From: Gemmatimonadota bacterium | Lineage (GTDB): Bacteria; Gemmatimonadota; Gemmatimonadetes; Palauibacterales; KS3-K002 | Direction: 5' to 3' | Assembly (NCBI GenBank): GCA_039586755.1 | Contig: JBDHJU010000007.1 | Span: 27,876 to 91,875, forward strand | DNA length: 64,000 bases | Part shown: positions 36,234 to 45,029 of the stretch, in pieces | How positions within the stretch are numbered: the first letter of the stretch is position 1 | How the letters are laid out: each line of letters starts with the position of its first letter | Translations under genes and position numbers: made by a program | Notes under the pieces: generated by a model | What the model saw: only the letters and a program-made list of their open reading frames with translations | Told to the model about the DNA's origin: nothing | Database searches by the model: none

Positions 36234-38915
36234 ATGGCAAAGGGCAAGAAACAGAGCACAGAGCTTCCTTCCAGGTTCGATCCGCGGTCGTTCGAAGACC
36301 CGATGTATCGACGCTGGTTGGAGGGCGGCTACTTCGGGGCCGACCCGGGCAGCGCGCGGGAGACCTACGTCATCGTCATGCCGCCGCCCAACGTGACTGC
36401 CGAGCTCCATATGGGGCACGGCCTCAACAACACGATCCAGGACGTGCTGATCCGCTGGCGCCGGATGCAGGGTCGTGAGGCACTCTGGGTGCCGGGTACC
36501 GACCACGCCGGCATCGCGACACAGAACGTCGTCGAGCGTCAGCTGGCCGCCGATGGTAAGACGCGGTGGGATCTGGGTCGTGAGGCGTTCGTCGAGCGCG
36601 TTTGGGGATGGGTGCGCGAGACGGGCGGAACGATCCTCGAGCAGCTGAAGGCGATCGGCAGCTCGGCGGATTGGGATCGTACTGCTTTCACACTCGATCC
36701 AGGCCTCAGCAGAGCGGTCCGCGAAGTTTTCGTCCGCCTGTACGAGAAGGGTCTGGTCTATCGCGGCAAGTACATCGTCAACTGGTGCCCGCGCTGCGCC
36801 ACGGCACTGGCCAACGAAGAAGTGGAGCACGGGGAAGTCGAGGGCGCCCTCTACTACCAGCGCTACCCGATCGTCGGCGAGGAAGGGAAGTACCTGGTCG
36901 TGGCCACCACGCGTCCCGAGACGATGCTGGGCGACACCGCTGTGGCCATCCATCCCGACGACCATCGGCACCAGGGTCTGCTTGGTAAGAAAGCCCTGCT
37001 TCCACTGGCCGAACGAGAGATCCCGGTCATCGGTGACGATTTCGTCGACCCCGAGTTCGGTACCGGGATCGTCAAGGTGACGCCGGCGCACGATCCCAAC
37101 GACTTCGAGATCGGGCTGCGACACGACCTCGATCAGGTCGACATCTTCAACCCCGATTCCACACTCAGCGACGCGGCACCCGAACGTTTCCGTGGCATGG
37201 ACCGCTTCGCCGCCCGCGAGGCCGTGATCAAGGAGTTGGAGCAGGCCGGTCTGCTCGAGAAGACCGAAAAGCACGTGCACTCGGTGGGCCACTGCTACCG
37301 TTGCCAGACGATGGTCGAACCGCGCGTCTCCGAACAGTGGTTCGTCAAGATGGGGCCGCTGGCCGAGCCGGCGCTTGAAGCCTTCCGCAAGGGTGAGGTC
37401 CGCTTTACGCCGGAGCACTGGGGTGGCGTCTACACCGGTTGGCTCGAGAACGTTCGCGACTGGTGTATCTCGAGGCAGCTCTGGTGGGGACACCGCATTC
37501 CGGTCTGGTACTGCCGTTCCTGCGATGCGATGCTCGTGTTGCGCGACGATCCGACGACGTGCGGCGAATGCGGCAGCGATGATATCGAGCAGGACCCCGA
37601 CGTCCTCGACACCTGGTTCTCGTCCTGGCTGTGGCCCTTTAGCACGCTGGGCTGGCCCGACGAGTCCGAGGATCTAGGCAAGTTCTATCCCGGCCACACG
37701 CTGGTCACCGCGCCCGAGATCATCTTCTTCTGGGTCGCCCGCATGATTATGGCCGGCCTGGAGTTCATGGGCACGGTGCCGTTCAATGACGTCTACCTGC
37801 ACGGTACGGTCCGTGACCATGTCGGTCGGCGGATGTCGAAGTCGTTGGGTAACGGGATCGACCCGCTGGAGGTCGTCCGAATATTCGGCGCCGACGCACT
37901 CCGCTTCACCCTGATGAACGGACTCGGGATCGGCGCCGACCTGCAGCTCAACTACGAGGACCTGGAAGAGTCCTTCCACGTCGGCCGCAACTTCGGCAAC
38001 AAGATCTGGAACGCGGCCCGGCTGGCTATGCCGCACCTGGAAGGCGAAGTCGATCCCATGCCGGAGCGCGGTCGGCTTGAGCTCTCCGATCGCTGGATCC
38101 TCTCGCGGCTGAGCAGCGCGATCCGCGAGGTGACCCACGACCTCGAGCGTTTCCGTCTCCATGAGGCTGCGGCCGAGCTGTATCGTTTCTTCTGGAGCGA
38201 GCTGTGTGACTGGTACCTCGAGCTGGTGAAGCCGCGACTCTACAACGATTCCGACTCGGAAGCACGCGCCGTCGCGCGCTCGGTGCTGCGCGAAGTCCTC
38301 GACACGAGCCTCAGGCTGCTGCATCCGATCATGCCGTTCATCACCGAGGAGCTGTGGCTGCGGCTGCCGAACCGCGCTGGCGACAGCATAATGGTCTCTT
38401 CTTGGCCCGAGCCCCGGCCCGACTGGGAAGACCCGGAGGCCGAGGCCCAGCTCGACGTACTGCGCGAGATGCTGGGGGCGGTCCGCAATATTCGCAGCGA
38501 GTACAACGTCGCCCACGGCCGACAAGTCGAGGTGCGGGTGCTGGCAGCGGACGATGCGCTGCGTCGCGCGATCGCGGCCGAAGGTGAGGCGACGGTCAAG
38601 CTGGCCGGGATCAGTAGCATTTCGTTCGACGGCGAAGCTCACGGTGCCGAGGCGATGGCCGTGCTCTCGACGGGGGCCGAGGTGCACGTGCCACTGGAAG
38701 GTCTCATCGATCTCGCTCGCGAGCGGGCGCGTCTCGAGAAGCAGGCCCTCGAGCTGGAAGCGCTGGTCCAACGCTCGCGCAAGCGCCTCGGCAGCGGGGA
38801 TTTCGTCAAGAAGGCGCCCGACCACGTGGTCGAGCAAGCCCGCCAGAAGCTGCAAGGCCTCGAGGAACAGCTTGCGAAGCTCAACGAGAAGCGCAGGATC
38901 TTGGAGGGTGACTAG
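36234..38915 (+). CDS. valS: Valine--tRNA ligase
   Basis: 893 aa. HMGH (class I HIGH variant), KMSKS, CP1 editing domain, C-terminal coiled-coil typical of ValRS. Confidence 0.95.
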   Translation: MAKGKKQSTELPSRFDPRSFEDPMYRRWLEGGYFGADPGSARETYVIVMPPPNVTAELHMGHGLNNTIQDVLIRWRRMQGREALWVPGTDHAGIATQNVVERQLAADGKTRWDLGREAFVERVWGWVRETGGTILEQLKAIGSSADWDRTAFTLDPGLSRAVREVFVRLYEKGLVYRGKYIVNWCPRCATALANEEVEHGEVEGALYYQRYPIVGEEGKYLVVATTRPETMLGDTAVAIHPDDHRHQGLLGKKALLPLAEREIPVIGDDFVDPEFGTGIVKVTPAHDPNDFEIGLRHDLDQVDIFNPDSTLSDAAPERFRGMDRFAAREAVIKELEQAGLLEKTEKHVHSVGHCYRCQTMVEPRVSEQWFVKMGPLAEPALEAFRKGEVRFTPEHWGGVYTGWLENVRDWCISRQLWWGHRIPVWYCRSCDAMLVLRDDPTTCGECGSDDIEQDPDVLDTWFSSWLWPFSTLGWPDESEDLGKFYPGHTLVTAPEIIFFWVARMIMAGLEFMGTVPFNDVYLHGTVRDHVGRRMSKSLGNGIDPLEVVRIFGADALRFTLMNGLGIGADLQLNYEDLEESFHVGRNFGNKIWNAARLAMPHLEGEVDPMPERGRLELSDRWILSRLSSAIREVTHDLERFRLHEAAAELYRFFWSELCDWYLELVKPRLYNDSDSEARAVARSVLREVLDTSLRLLHPIMPFITEELWLRLPNRAGDSIMVSSWPEPRPDWEDPEAEAQLDVLREMLGAVRNIRSEYNVAHGRQVEVRVLAADDALRRAIAAEGEATVKLAGISSISFDGEAHGAEAMAVLSTGAEVHVPLEGLIDLARERARLEKQALELEALVQRSRKRLGSGDFVKKAPDHVVEQARQKLQGLEEQLAKLNEKRRILEGD

Positions 38916-38918
38916 ATC

Positions 38919-40265
38919 GTGACTAACTCCCCGCGGACCGGCGCGGCTCGTGCCAGCCTGCTCGCGGGAGGGCTCATCCTGATAACGCTGGCTTTGACCA
39001 ACCTGGAGAGTTGCGCCAACGTCCAGGCACCACCGGGCGGCCCACCGGACTCGATCCCTCCGGCCCTGATCGCCGTGTTCCCCGACAGTTACGCAGTCGT
39101 CTCCTGGACCGGAAAACGGGAAAAGGTGCGGTTCGAGTTCGACGAGCCGATCTCGGAGCAGGGCCTGCAGGTCGCCGCAATCCTCTACCCGTTCGAGCCA
39201 CGGCCCAACATCGACAAGGGAAAGCGCGAGCTGCGCGTCCGCCCCCGGGCCGGCTGGGTCGCCGACCGGCTCTACCACGTACGCGTCGAGCCGGTCGTCC
39301 AGGACCTCTTCCGCAACCGGATCGATGAGCCGATCCACCACATCATCTCTACCGGCCTGCCAGTTCCGGAGAACAGCGCCAGCGGTTCGATCTTTGATCG
39401 TATAAGAGGAGAGCGGCTGCCGAATGGCCGCATCGACTTGGTCCTGCTGCCCGACACACTCCGCTACGGTGCGATCGCCGACACCGCAGGCACGTTCAAC
39501 ATCGGCAGGCTGCCGGTGGGCGACTACTACGCCATCGGCTACGAGGACCTCAACAACAACCAGCGGGCCGACGACTTCGACCGGTCTGACACGCTTATCG
39601 TGAGCTTGGGCCAGGCCGACACCCTCGCCTTGGAGTTCCACGTCTTCAAACACGATACCCTGGGCCCCGTGCTCATGGAGGTTGAGCCCATCGACTCGCT
39701 GGTTCTCCAACTGGGCTTCGACAGCTACCTCGATCCCGAGGTGCCCACCAGGACGGAAACCATCGAAGTCCTCGCGCTGGCTGATAGCTCCCCGATCGCT
39801 CTCGACACGGTGTACCACGCCTGGCGTTACGACGTCTGGAGCGACTCCGTTCAGCAAGTGCGGCGCGAGGCCGAGGCCGCAGCTCGGGACTCAGCGGCAG
39901 CCGCACAAGCGGCTGAGGAGGCGGCGGTTGAAGAGGAAGTGGCCGAGGAAGAGGTGGCCGAGCAGGAGCCGCCGGCCGCCCGGCCGACGCCGCCGGCGGC
40001 CGAGGAAGAGGAAGAGCCGACGGAGGAGGCACAGCAGCCGGCCGTCCTGCCGGACATGCGGCTCTATGTGATCGCAACTTCGCCTATCCCGCCGGGCTCG
40101 TATCTGCTGCGCGTGTACCGCCTGATCAACCTGAGCGGCCTGGAGGCCGACAGCGAGGCGACGTTCGAACAACCCGAGCCCGAGCCGCCGCCGGCACCAG
40201 CGGAGGCGGAAGAGCCGCCCGAGGTTCCACCCGACACGGCGGGTGCCGCAGGGAGGGTACGGTGA
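38919..40265 (+). CDS. Hypothetical lipoprotein with Ig-like N-terminal domain and acidic E/A/P-rich low-complexity tail
   Basis: GTG start 4 nt after valS stop. Lipobox LESC. C-terminal AEEAAVEEEVAEEEVAEQEPP... repeats. Confidence 0.55.
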   Translation: MTNSPRTGAARASLLAGGLILITLALTNLESCANVQAPPGGPPDSIPPALIAVFPDSYAVVSWTGKREKVRFEFDEPISEQGLQVAAILYPFEPRPNIDKGKRELRVRPRAGWVADRLYHVRVEPVVQDLFRNRIDEPIHHIISTGLPVPENSASGSIFDRIRGERLPNGRIDLVLLPDTLRYGAIADTAGTFNIGRLPVGDYYAIGYEDLNNNQRADDFDRSDTLIVSLGQADTLALEFHVFKHDTLGPVLMEVEPIDSLVLQLGFDSYLDPEVPTRTETIEVLALADSSPIALDTVYHAWRYDVWSDSVQQVRREAEAAARDSAAAAQAAEEAAVEEEVAEEEVAEQEPPAARPTPPAAEEEEEPTEEAQQPAVLPDMRLYVIATSPIPPGSYLLRVYRLINLSGLEADSEATFEQPEPEPPPAPAEAEEPPEVPPDTAGAAGRVR

Positions 40266-41659
40266 GCGACGCGCGACGCGGGTTGCCGAGCGTCGATGTG
40301 CTGCTCGGTTCGCCCGAGTTCGCCGAGCTACTCGACACGTGGCCCCGGTCTCTGGTCGTCACCTCGCTACGACGCACGCTCGACGGGTTGCGTGGCGAGC
40401 TCGCGGCGGGCGATCGAACCGCCGCGCCGGAAACCGGCGAGATCGAGGAAGCGACGCGGCGCGAGCTACTGGCCAGGCAGGCCCCATCGCTTCGCCATCT
40501 GATCAACGCAACCGGCGTCCCGCTGCACACGAACCTGGGTCGCGCGCCGCTCCCGGACGCTGCCCGGGCGGCGCTAGATTCCGTCGCCCGCGGCTACAGC
40601 AACCTGGAGTACGACGTCGAGGCCGGATCGCGCGGCTCGCGACACGATCATTGTGCGGCGATCCTCGCCGAGCTCACCGGCGCCGAAGCGTCGCTCGTTG
40701 TGAACAACAACGCCGCCGCGGTCGTGCTCGCCCTCAACGAGCTGGCCCAAGGTCGGGACGTCATCGTCTCACGCGGCGAGCTGGTCGAGATCGGCGAGAC
40801 GTTCCGTGTGGCGGAGATCGTGGCGAAGAGCGGAGCGCGGGTCGTCGAGGTCGGTGCCACGAACCGGACGCACGCACGTGATTACGAGAAAGCCATAGGC
40901 GCGGAGACCGGCGCCCTACTAAAGGTGCACCGCTCCAACTTCCAACAGGCGGGATTCGTCAGCGAGGTCTCGATCGAGGAGTTGACCGCGGTGGGACACC
41001 GGCACGGCGTATCGGTGGTTCACGATCTCGGCTCCGGGATGCTGCCCGACGCCGAGCGTGCTTTCGGGTTCCCCTGGGAGCCCAACGTTCGCGCTTCGCT
41101 CGAAGCCGGGGCCGACCTCGTGACCTTCAGCGGCGACAAGCTGCTGGGCGGTCCCCAGGCTGGCATGATCCTCGGGAGCTCCGATCTCGTGACGCGTCTA
41201 CGTCGCAACCCGCTGCTCCGTGCGGTCCGGGTCGGCAAGTTGACCATCGCCGCGCTGGAGGCGACTCTAAAGCTCTGGCGCGACCTGGAGGCCGCGAGAG
41301 CCCACGTCCCGGCGCTGGCGATGATCGGCGCCGACCCGCACGCCTTGCGGGACCGGGCTGAACATCTGGCGGGGATCTTTCGCGAGCGCTGTCCGGACGC
41401 CGAGATCGAGGTGGCGGCCGACGCCGCTGAGGTCGGCGGCGGATCGTACCCGGGGCTGCAGCTCGAGACCTGGGTCCTGCGCATCGCCGTGCCCGGTCGG
41501 TCCGAGCGGGCGCTCGAGGCGGCGTGCCGCAGCGCGCGGCCGGCGGTCATCGGGCGGGTGCGAGAAGGCGCTCTCTGTCTCGACCCGCGAACCGTGCTGC
41601 CACACGAGGAAACCGAGTTCATTGATTCTGTGATCCAAGCTCTGAGGGGAGATGGATAA
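40262..41659 (+). CDS. selA: L-seryl-tRNA(Sec) selenium transferase (selenocysteine synthase)
   Basis: 465 aa. HTNLGRAPL, VNNNAAAV, VSRGELVEIG, DLGSGML, SGDKLLGGPQAG and PLP-lysine region collinear with E. coli SelA. GTGA overlap with upstream gene. Confidence 0.9.
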   Translation: MSDARRGLPSVDVLLGSPEFAELLDTWPRSLVVTSLRRTLDGLRGELAAGDRTAAPETGEIEEATRRELLARQAPSLRHLINATGVPLHTNLGRAPLPDAARAALDSVARGYSNLEYDVEAGSRGSRHDHCAAILAELTGAEASLVVNNNAAAVVLALNELAQGRDVIVSRGELVEIGETFRVAEIVAKSGARVVEVGATNRTHARDYEKAIGAETGALLKVHRSNFQQAGFVSEVSIEELTAVGHRHGVSVVHDLGSGMLPDAERAFGFPWEPNVRASLEAGADLVTFSGDKLLGGPQAGMILGSSDLVTRLRRNPLLRAVRVGKLTIAALEATLKLWRDLEAARAHVPALAMIGADPHALRDRAEHLAGIFRERCPDAEIEVAADAAEVGGGSYPGLQLETWVLRIAVPGRSERALEAACRSARPAVIGRVREGALCLDPRTVLPHEETEFIDSVIQALRGDG

Positions 41660-41669
41660 AGAGCCGATT

Positions 41670-42215
41670 ATGCAACGCGCCGCGTTTCTCGATCGCGATG
41701 GCACGATCATCGAGGAGCGCGGCGATCTGGGAGATCCGAATAGGGTCGCTCTAATTCCCGGCGCCGCCGACGCCGTCCGCCGACTCAGGGATGCGGGCCT
41801 GGTCGTCGTGCTGGTGACCAACCAATCGGGAATCGCTCGTGGCGCCTTCACACGGCAGCAGTTCGAGGCGGTCCAGGAGCGTATGCTCGATCTACTCGAC
41901 GCGTCCAATGCATCCCTGGATGACGTGTTCTATTGTCCGCACCATCCGGATGTGACGGGTCCTTGCGATTGTCGTAAACCGGCCTCCGGGATGTACCGCC
42001 GGGCGGCACAAAAGTTGTCGCTCGACCTGGCCCGCTCGTTCTACGTCGGCGATCGCTGGCGCGACGTGGCGGTCACGGAAGAGGTGGGAGGCAAACCATT
42101 CCTCCTGGCGACCGGTGCCGGAGGCCAGGGGGCGCCAGACGGCTTTGAGAAGACCAGGGACCTGGCCGAGGCGGCCGACGTCATTGTCGCCAGTCTTGAT
42201 GGAAAGGGCGCTTGA
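41670..42215 (+). CDS. gmhB: D-glycero-beta-D-manno-heptose-1,7-bisphosphate 7-phosphatase-like HAD phosphatase (GmhB/HisB-N family)
   Basis: FLDRDGTI HAD motif I, Zn-binding CPHHP...CDCRKP insertion, GDRWRD motif. Start ATG 41670 chosen because ORF-track start 41652 overlaps selA. Confidence 0.75.
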   Translation: MQRAAFLDRDGTIIEERGDLGDPNRVALIPGAADAVRRLRDAGLVVVLVTNQSGIARGAFTRQQFEAVQERMLDLLDASNASLDDVFYCPHHPDVTGPCDCRKPASGMYRRAAQKLSLDLARSFYVGDRWRDVAVTEEVGGKPFLLATGAGGQGAPDGFEKTRDLAEAADVIVASLDGKGA

Positions 42216-42231
42216 ATATCGGAGGCGAGCG

Positions 42232-42954
42232 GTGTCCAATATCCCGAGAGTAGCAGTCTTCGCGTCCGGTGGCGGGTCCAACCTGCAGTCCCTACTCGAT
42301 ACCTTCGGCGGTCCCGACGGCGGCCCCGATCCGGCCTGCCGCATCGCACTCGTCGTCAGCGATCGGCCCGATATCGGGGCGCTCGATCGAGCCGACAGGG
42401 CGGGATTGCCCAAGGCGGTGGTTCGCCCCAAGGAGTACGAGGGCAGGGAAGCGTTCGGGCAGGCGCTACTCGAGGTGCTGGGGGCGCACGAGATCGATAT
42501 CATCGCACTCGCCGGCTACCTCAAGCTCGTGCCGGAGAACGTGATCGGCGCCTACCGCGGAAAGATCATCAACATCCACCCGGGTCCGCTGCCGACCTTC
42601 GGTGGCTCCGGGATGTGGGGTCACCACGTGCACGATGCTGTGCTCGAGTCCGGTGTCGCCGTATCGGGCCCTACGATCCATTTCGTGGACGAGCGTTACG
42701 ATACCGGGCCCATCGTCGCACAGTGGCCCGTCCCCGTGCTACCCGGCGACACCGCCGATTCGCTTGCCGCCCGCGTCCTCAAGTACGAGCATCGGCTCTA
42801 TCCGGCCGTATTAGGTGCACTCGCCCGCGGCGAAATCGAGCAGCTGCCCGATGGCCGGGTGCGAAGGAGCGGTTTCACTACAGGTGACGTCGGATTTCAG
42901 TTGACCGACGAGGGGGCTTGTCTCGACAGCGTCGGGCCGGCCTGGAAACGCTAA
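42232..42954 (+). CDS. purN: Phosphoribosylglycinamide formyltransferase
   Basis: VAVFASGGGSNLQ...IINIHPGPLP...HFVDERYDTGPI are PurN signatures. GTG 42232 with GGAGG RBS; in-frame ATG at 42199 is the alternative. Confidence 0.85.
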   Translation: MSNIPRVAVFASGGGSNLQSLLDTFGGPDGGPDPACRIALVVSDRPDIGALDRADRAGLPKAVVRPKEYEGREAFGQALLEVLGAHEIDIIALAGYLKLVPENVIGAYRGKIINIHPGPLPTFGGSGMWGHHVHDAVLESGVAVSGPTIHFVDERYDTGPIVAQWPVPVLPGDTADSLAARVLKYEHRLYPAVLGALARGEIEQLPDGRVRRSGFTTGDVGFQLTDEGACLDSVGPAWKR

Positions 42955-42971
42955 ACGAAGGGGAGGGAGCT

Positions 42972-44552
42972 TTGCCACGCGCCGTGCTGAGTGTCTACGA
43001 CAAGGCGGGCATCGTCGAGTTTGCCCGCGGGCTTTCGGAACTGGGCTACCAGATCGTTTCCACCGGCGGCACCGCGCGAAAGCTGCGCGAGGCCGGGGTC
43101 GAGGTCACGGGGGTCAGTGATGTCACCGGCTTCCCCGAGATCATGGACGGGCGCGTGAAGACGCTGCACCCGGTCATCGCCGGCGGCATACTGGCGCGCC
43201 GCGGCAACAAGAGCGACATGAAAGAGCTCGCGAAGCAGAAGATCGAGCCCATCGATGTCGTGGCCGTCAACCTGTATCCGTTCGAGGAGACGATCGCCAA
43301 ACCGGACGTGACTCTCGGTGATGCACTCGAGCAGATAGACATCGGCGGACCGACCATGCTCCGCGAGGCCGCCAAGAACCATCCCGACGTGACCGTCATT
43401 TGCGATCCGGCCGATTACGATGACGCGCTGGCCAAGCTCAAGGCGGGAAAAGTCGATCTCGAGTGGCGGCGCGAACTCGCAGTCAAGGTCTTCCGTCACA
43501 CCAGCGGTTACGATTCGGCGATATCGCACTACCTGTCGAAGGGCGCCGGCGAGTTTCCGCCCGACTTCTCGGTCCGCCTACAAAAGATCCAGGACCTGCG
43601 CTACGGCGAGAACCCTGACCAGGCGGCGGCGTTCTATCGTATCGCCGACACGCCGGGAAGCAGGGGCGTTGCCTCGCTCGTTCAGCATCACGGCAAGGAA
43701 CTCTCCTACAACAACATCCTCGACCTGGACGGTGCGTTGATGTCGGTAGCGCCCTTCGCGCGCTCACAGCGACCCGCCTGCGCCGTCATCAAGCACACGA
43801 CGCCCTGCGGCATCGCCGTCGGCGATACCGTGCTCCAGTCTTATCAGCGGGCACTCTCCACAGACCCCACCAGCGCCTTCGGCTCGGTCATCGCCTTCAC
43901 CCACGAGGTCGACGGCGAAGCCGCCGAGACGCTGGCCGAGCTGTTCGTCGAGTGTGTCGTCGCACCCGGCTTCAGCGATGCCGCGATGGAGCGGCTGACC
44001 GCGAAGAAGAACCTTCGCATCCTCAGCTACCCCGACGACGTCACAGCCTACCTCGCCGACCGCGGCCACCTCGAGGGCAACCTCGAGCTGCGTGGCGTCC
44101 CCGGCGCCGCCCTCCTGCAGACTCGCTGCGACCCGCCTTGGCCCGGCGAGGACGAAGGCTGGCGTGTTGTCACCAGCCGCAAACCTACCGCCGATGAGAT
44201 GCGCGACCTCCGATTCGCCTGGGCCGCCATCTGGGGCGTCAAGTCGAACGCGATTCTCCTCGCCCGTGACGAGATGGCCATCGGCATCGGCGCCGGCCAG
44301 ATGAGCCGCGTCGACGCCTCCAAGTTGGCCGGCTTCAAGGCCCAGGAGGCCGGCCACGACCCCAAGAAGGGATGCGTCCTCGCTTCCGATGCCTTCTTCC
44401 CCTTCCGCGACGGCGTCGACGCCGCCGCCGAGGCCGGCGTCACGGCGATCGTCGAGCCCGGAGGCTCGATCCGCGACGAAGAGGTCATCGCCGCCGCCGA
44501 CGAGCACAAGCTCGCCATGGTCTTCACCGGCCGCAGGCTGTTCCGCCACTAA
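42972..44552 (+). CDS. purH: Bifunctional AICAR transformylase / IMP cyclohydrolase
   Basis: RAVLSVYDKAGIVEFARGL..STGGTA (MGS-like domain) and C-terminal AICARFT domain. TTG start after GGGAGGGAG. ORF track 42918. Confidence 0.9.
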   Translation: MPRAVLSVYDKAGIVEFARGLSELGYQIVSTGGTARKLREAGVEVTGVSDVTGFPEIMDGRVKTLHPVIAGGILARRGNKSDMKELAKQKIEPIDVVAVNLYPFEETIAKPDVTLGDALEQIDIGGPTMLREAAKNHPDVTVICDPADYDDALAKLKAGKVDLEWRRELAVKVFRHTSGYDSAISHYLSKGAGEFPPDFSVRLQKIQDLRYGENPDQAAAFYRIADTPGSRGVASLVQHHGKELSYNNILDLDGALMSVAPFARSQRPACAVIKHTTPCGIAVGDTVLQSYQRALSTDPTSAFGSVIAFTHEVDGEAAETLAELFVECVVAPGFSDAAMERLTAKKNLRILSYPDDVTAYLADRGHLEGNLELRGVPGAALLQTRCDPPWPGEDEGWRVVTSRKPTADEMRDLRFAWAAIWGVKSNAILLARDEMAIGIGAGQMSRVDASKLAGFKAQEAGHDPKKGCVLASDAFFPFRDGVDAAAEAGVTAIVEPGGSIRDEEVIAAADEHKLAMVFTGRRLFRH

Positions 44553-44560
44553 AGCGTGAA

Positions 44561-44598
44561 CCGGCCCGGCCCCGGAAACTCGGGGCCGGGCTTTTTTC
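44561..44598 (+). terminator. Rho-independent terminator after purH
   Basis: CCGGCCCGGCCCCGG-aaact-CGGGGCCGGGC followed by TTTTTTC. Confidence 0.85.
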
Positions 44599-44664
44599 GC
44601 CCTCTCCTCTTGACGGTCTACAAAAGCCGGTGCTACCTTCTGTCGAACATCTAGAGGAGACGCC

Positions 44665-45000
44665 ATGACGATCGTCAGGTCCGAGCTGCTGCAGGGGACC
44701 CTCGACATGCTGGTTCTGAAGATCCTCTCGCTCGAGCCGCTACACGGGTGGGGGATTTCGGAGCGCATCGAGCAGATGTCGGGCGAGGTCTTTCAGGTGA
44801 ATCAGGGGTCGCTCTACCCGGCGTTGCGGCGGTTGAAGCGTAAGGGGTGGATCGGTTCCGAGTGGCGGGTAACGGAAAACAACCGGCGGGCGCGCTACTA
44901 CGCCCTGACGGCATCTGGGCGCAAGCGGCTGGCGGAGGAGCGGCAGGCTTGGGCTCGTTCGTCTGCGGCGATAGAACGGATCCTGCAGGCCGGATATTGA
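44665..45000 (+). CDS. PadR family transcriptional regulator
   Basis: 111 aa. LLQGTLDMLVLKIL...HGWGI...GSLYPALRRLKRKGWI winged-helix PadR signature. GGAGGAGA RBS. Confidence 0.85.
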   Translation: MTIVRSELLQGTLDMLVLKILSLEPLHGWGISERIEQMSGEVFQVNQGSLYPALRRLKRKGWIGSEWRVTENNRRARYYALTASGRKRLAEERQAWARSSAAIERILQAGY

Positions 45001-45029
45001 AAGGGCCGGATGCGAGGAAAGGATTCCCC

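Noticed and set aside
44847-45029. 5' extension of the ADOP permease ORF overlapping padR
   Set aside because: Permease N-terminal helix begins at MRLLAYVVEAF (ATG 45030). The extension would run through the padR coding region in another frame.
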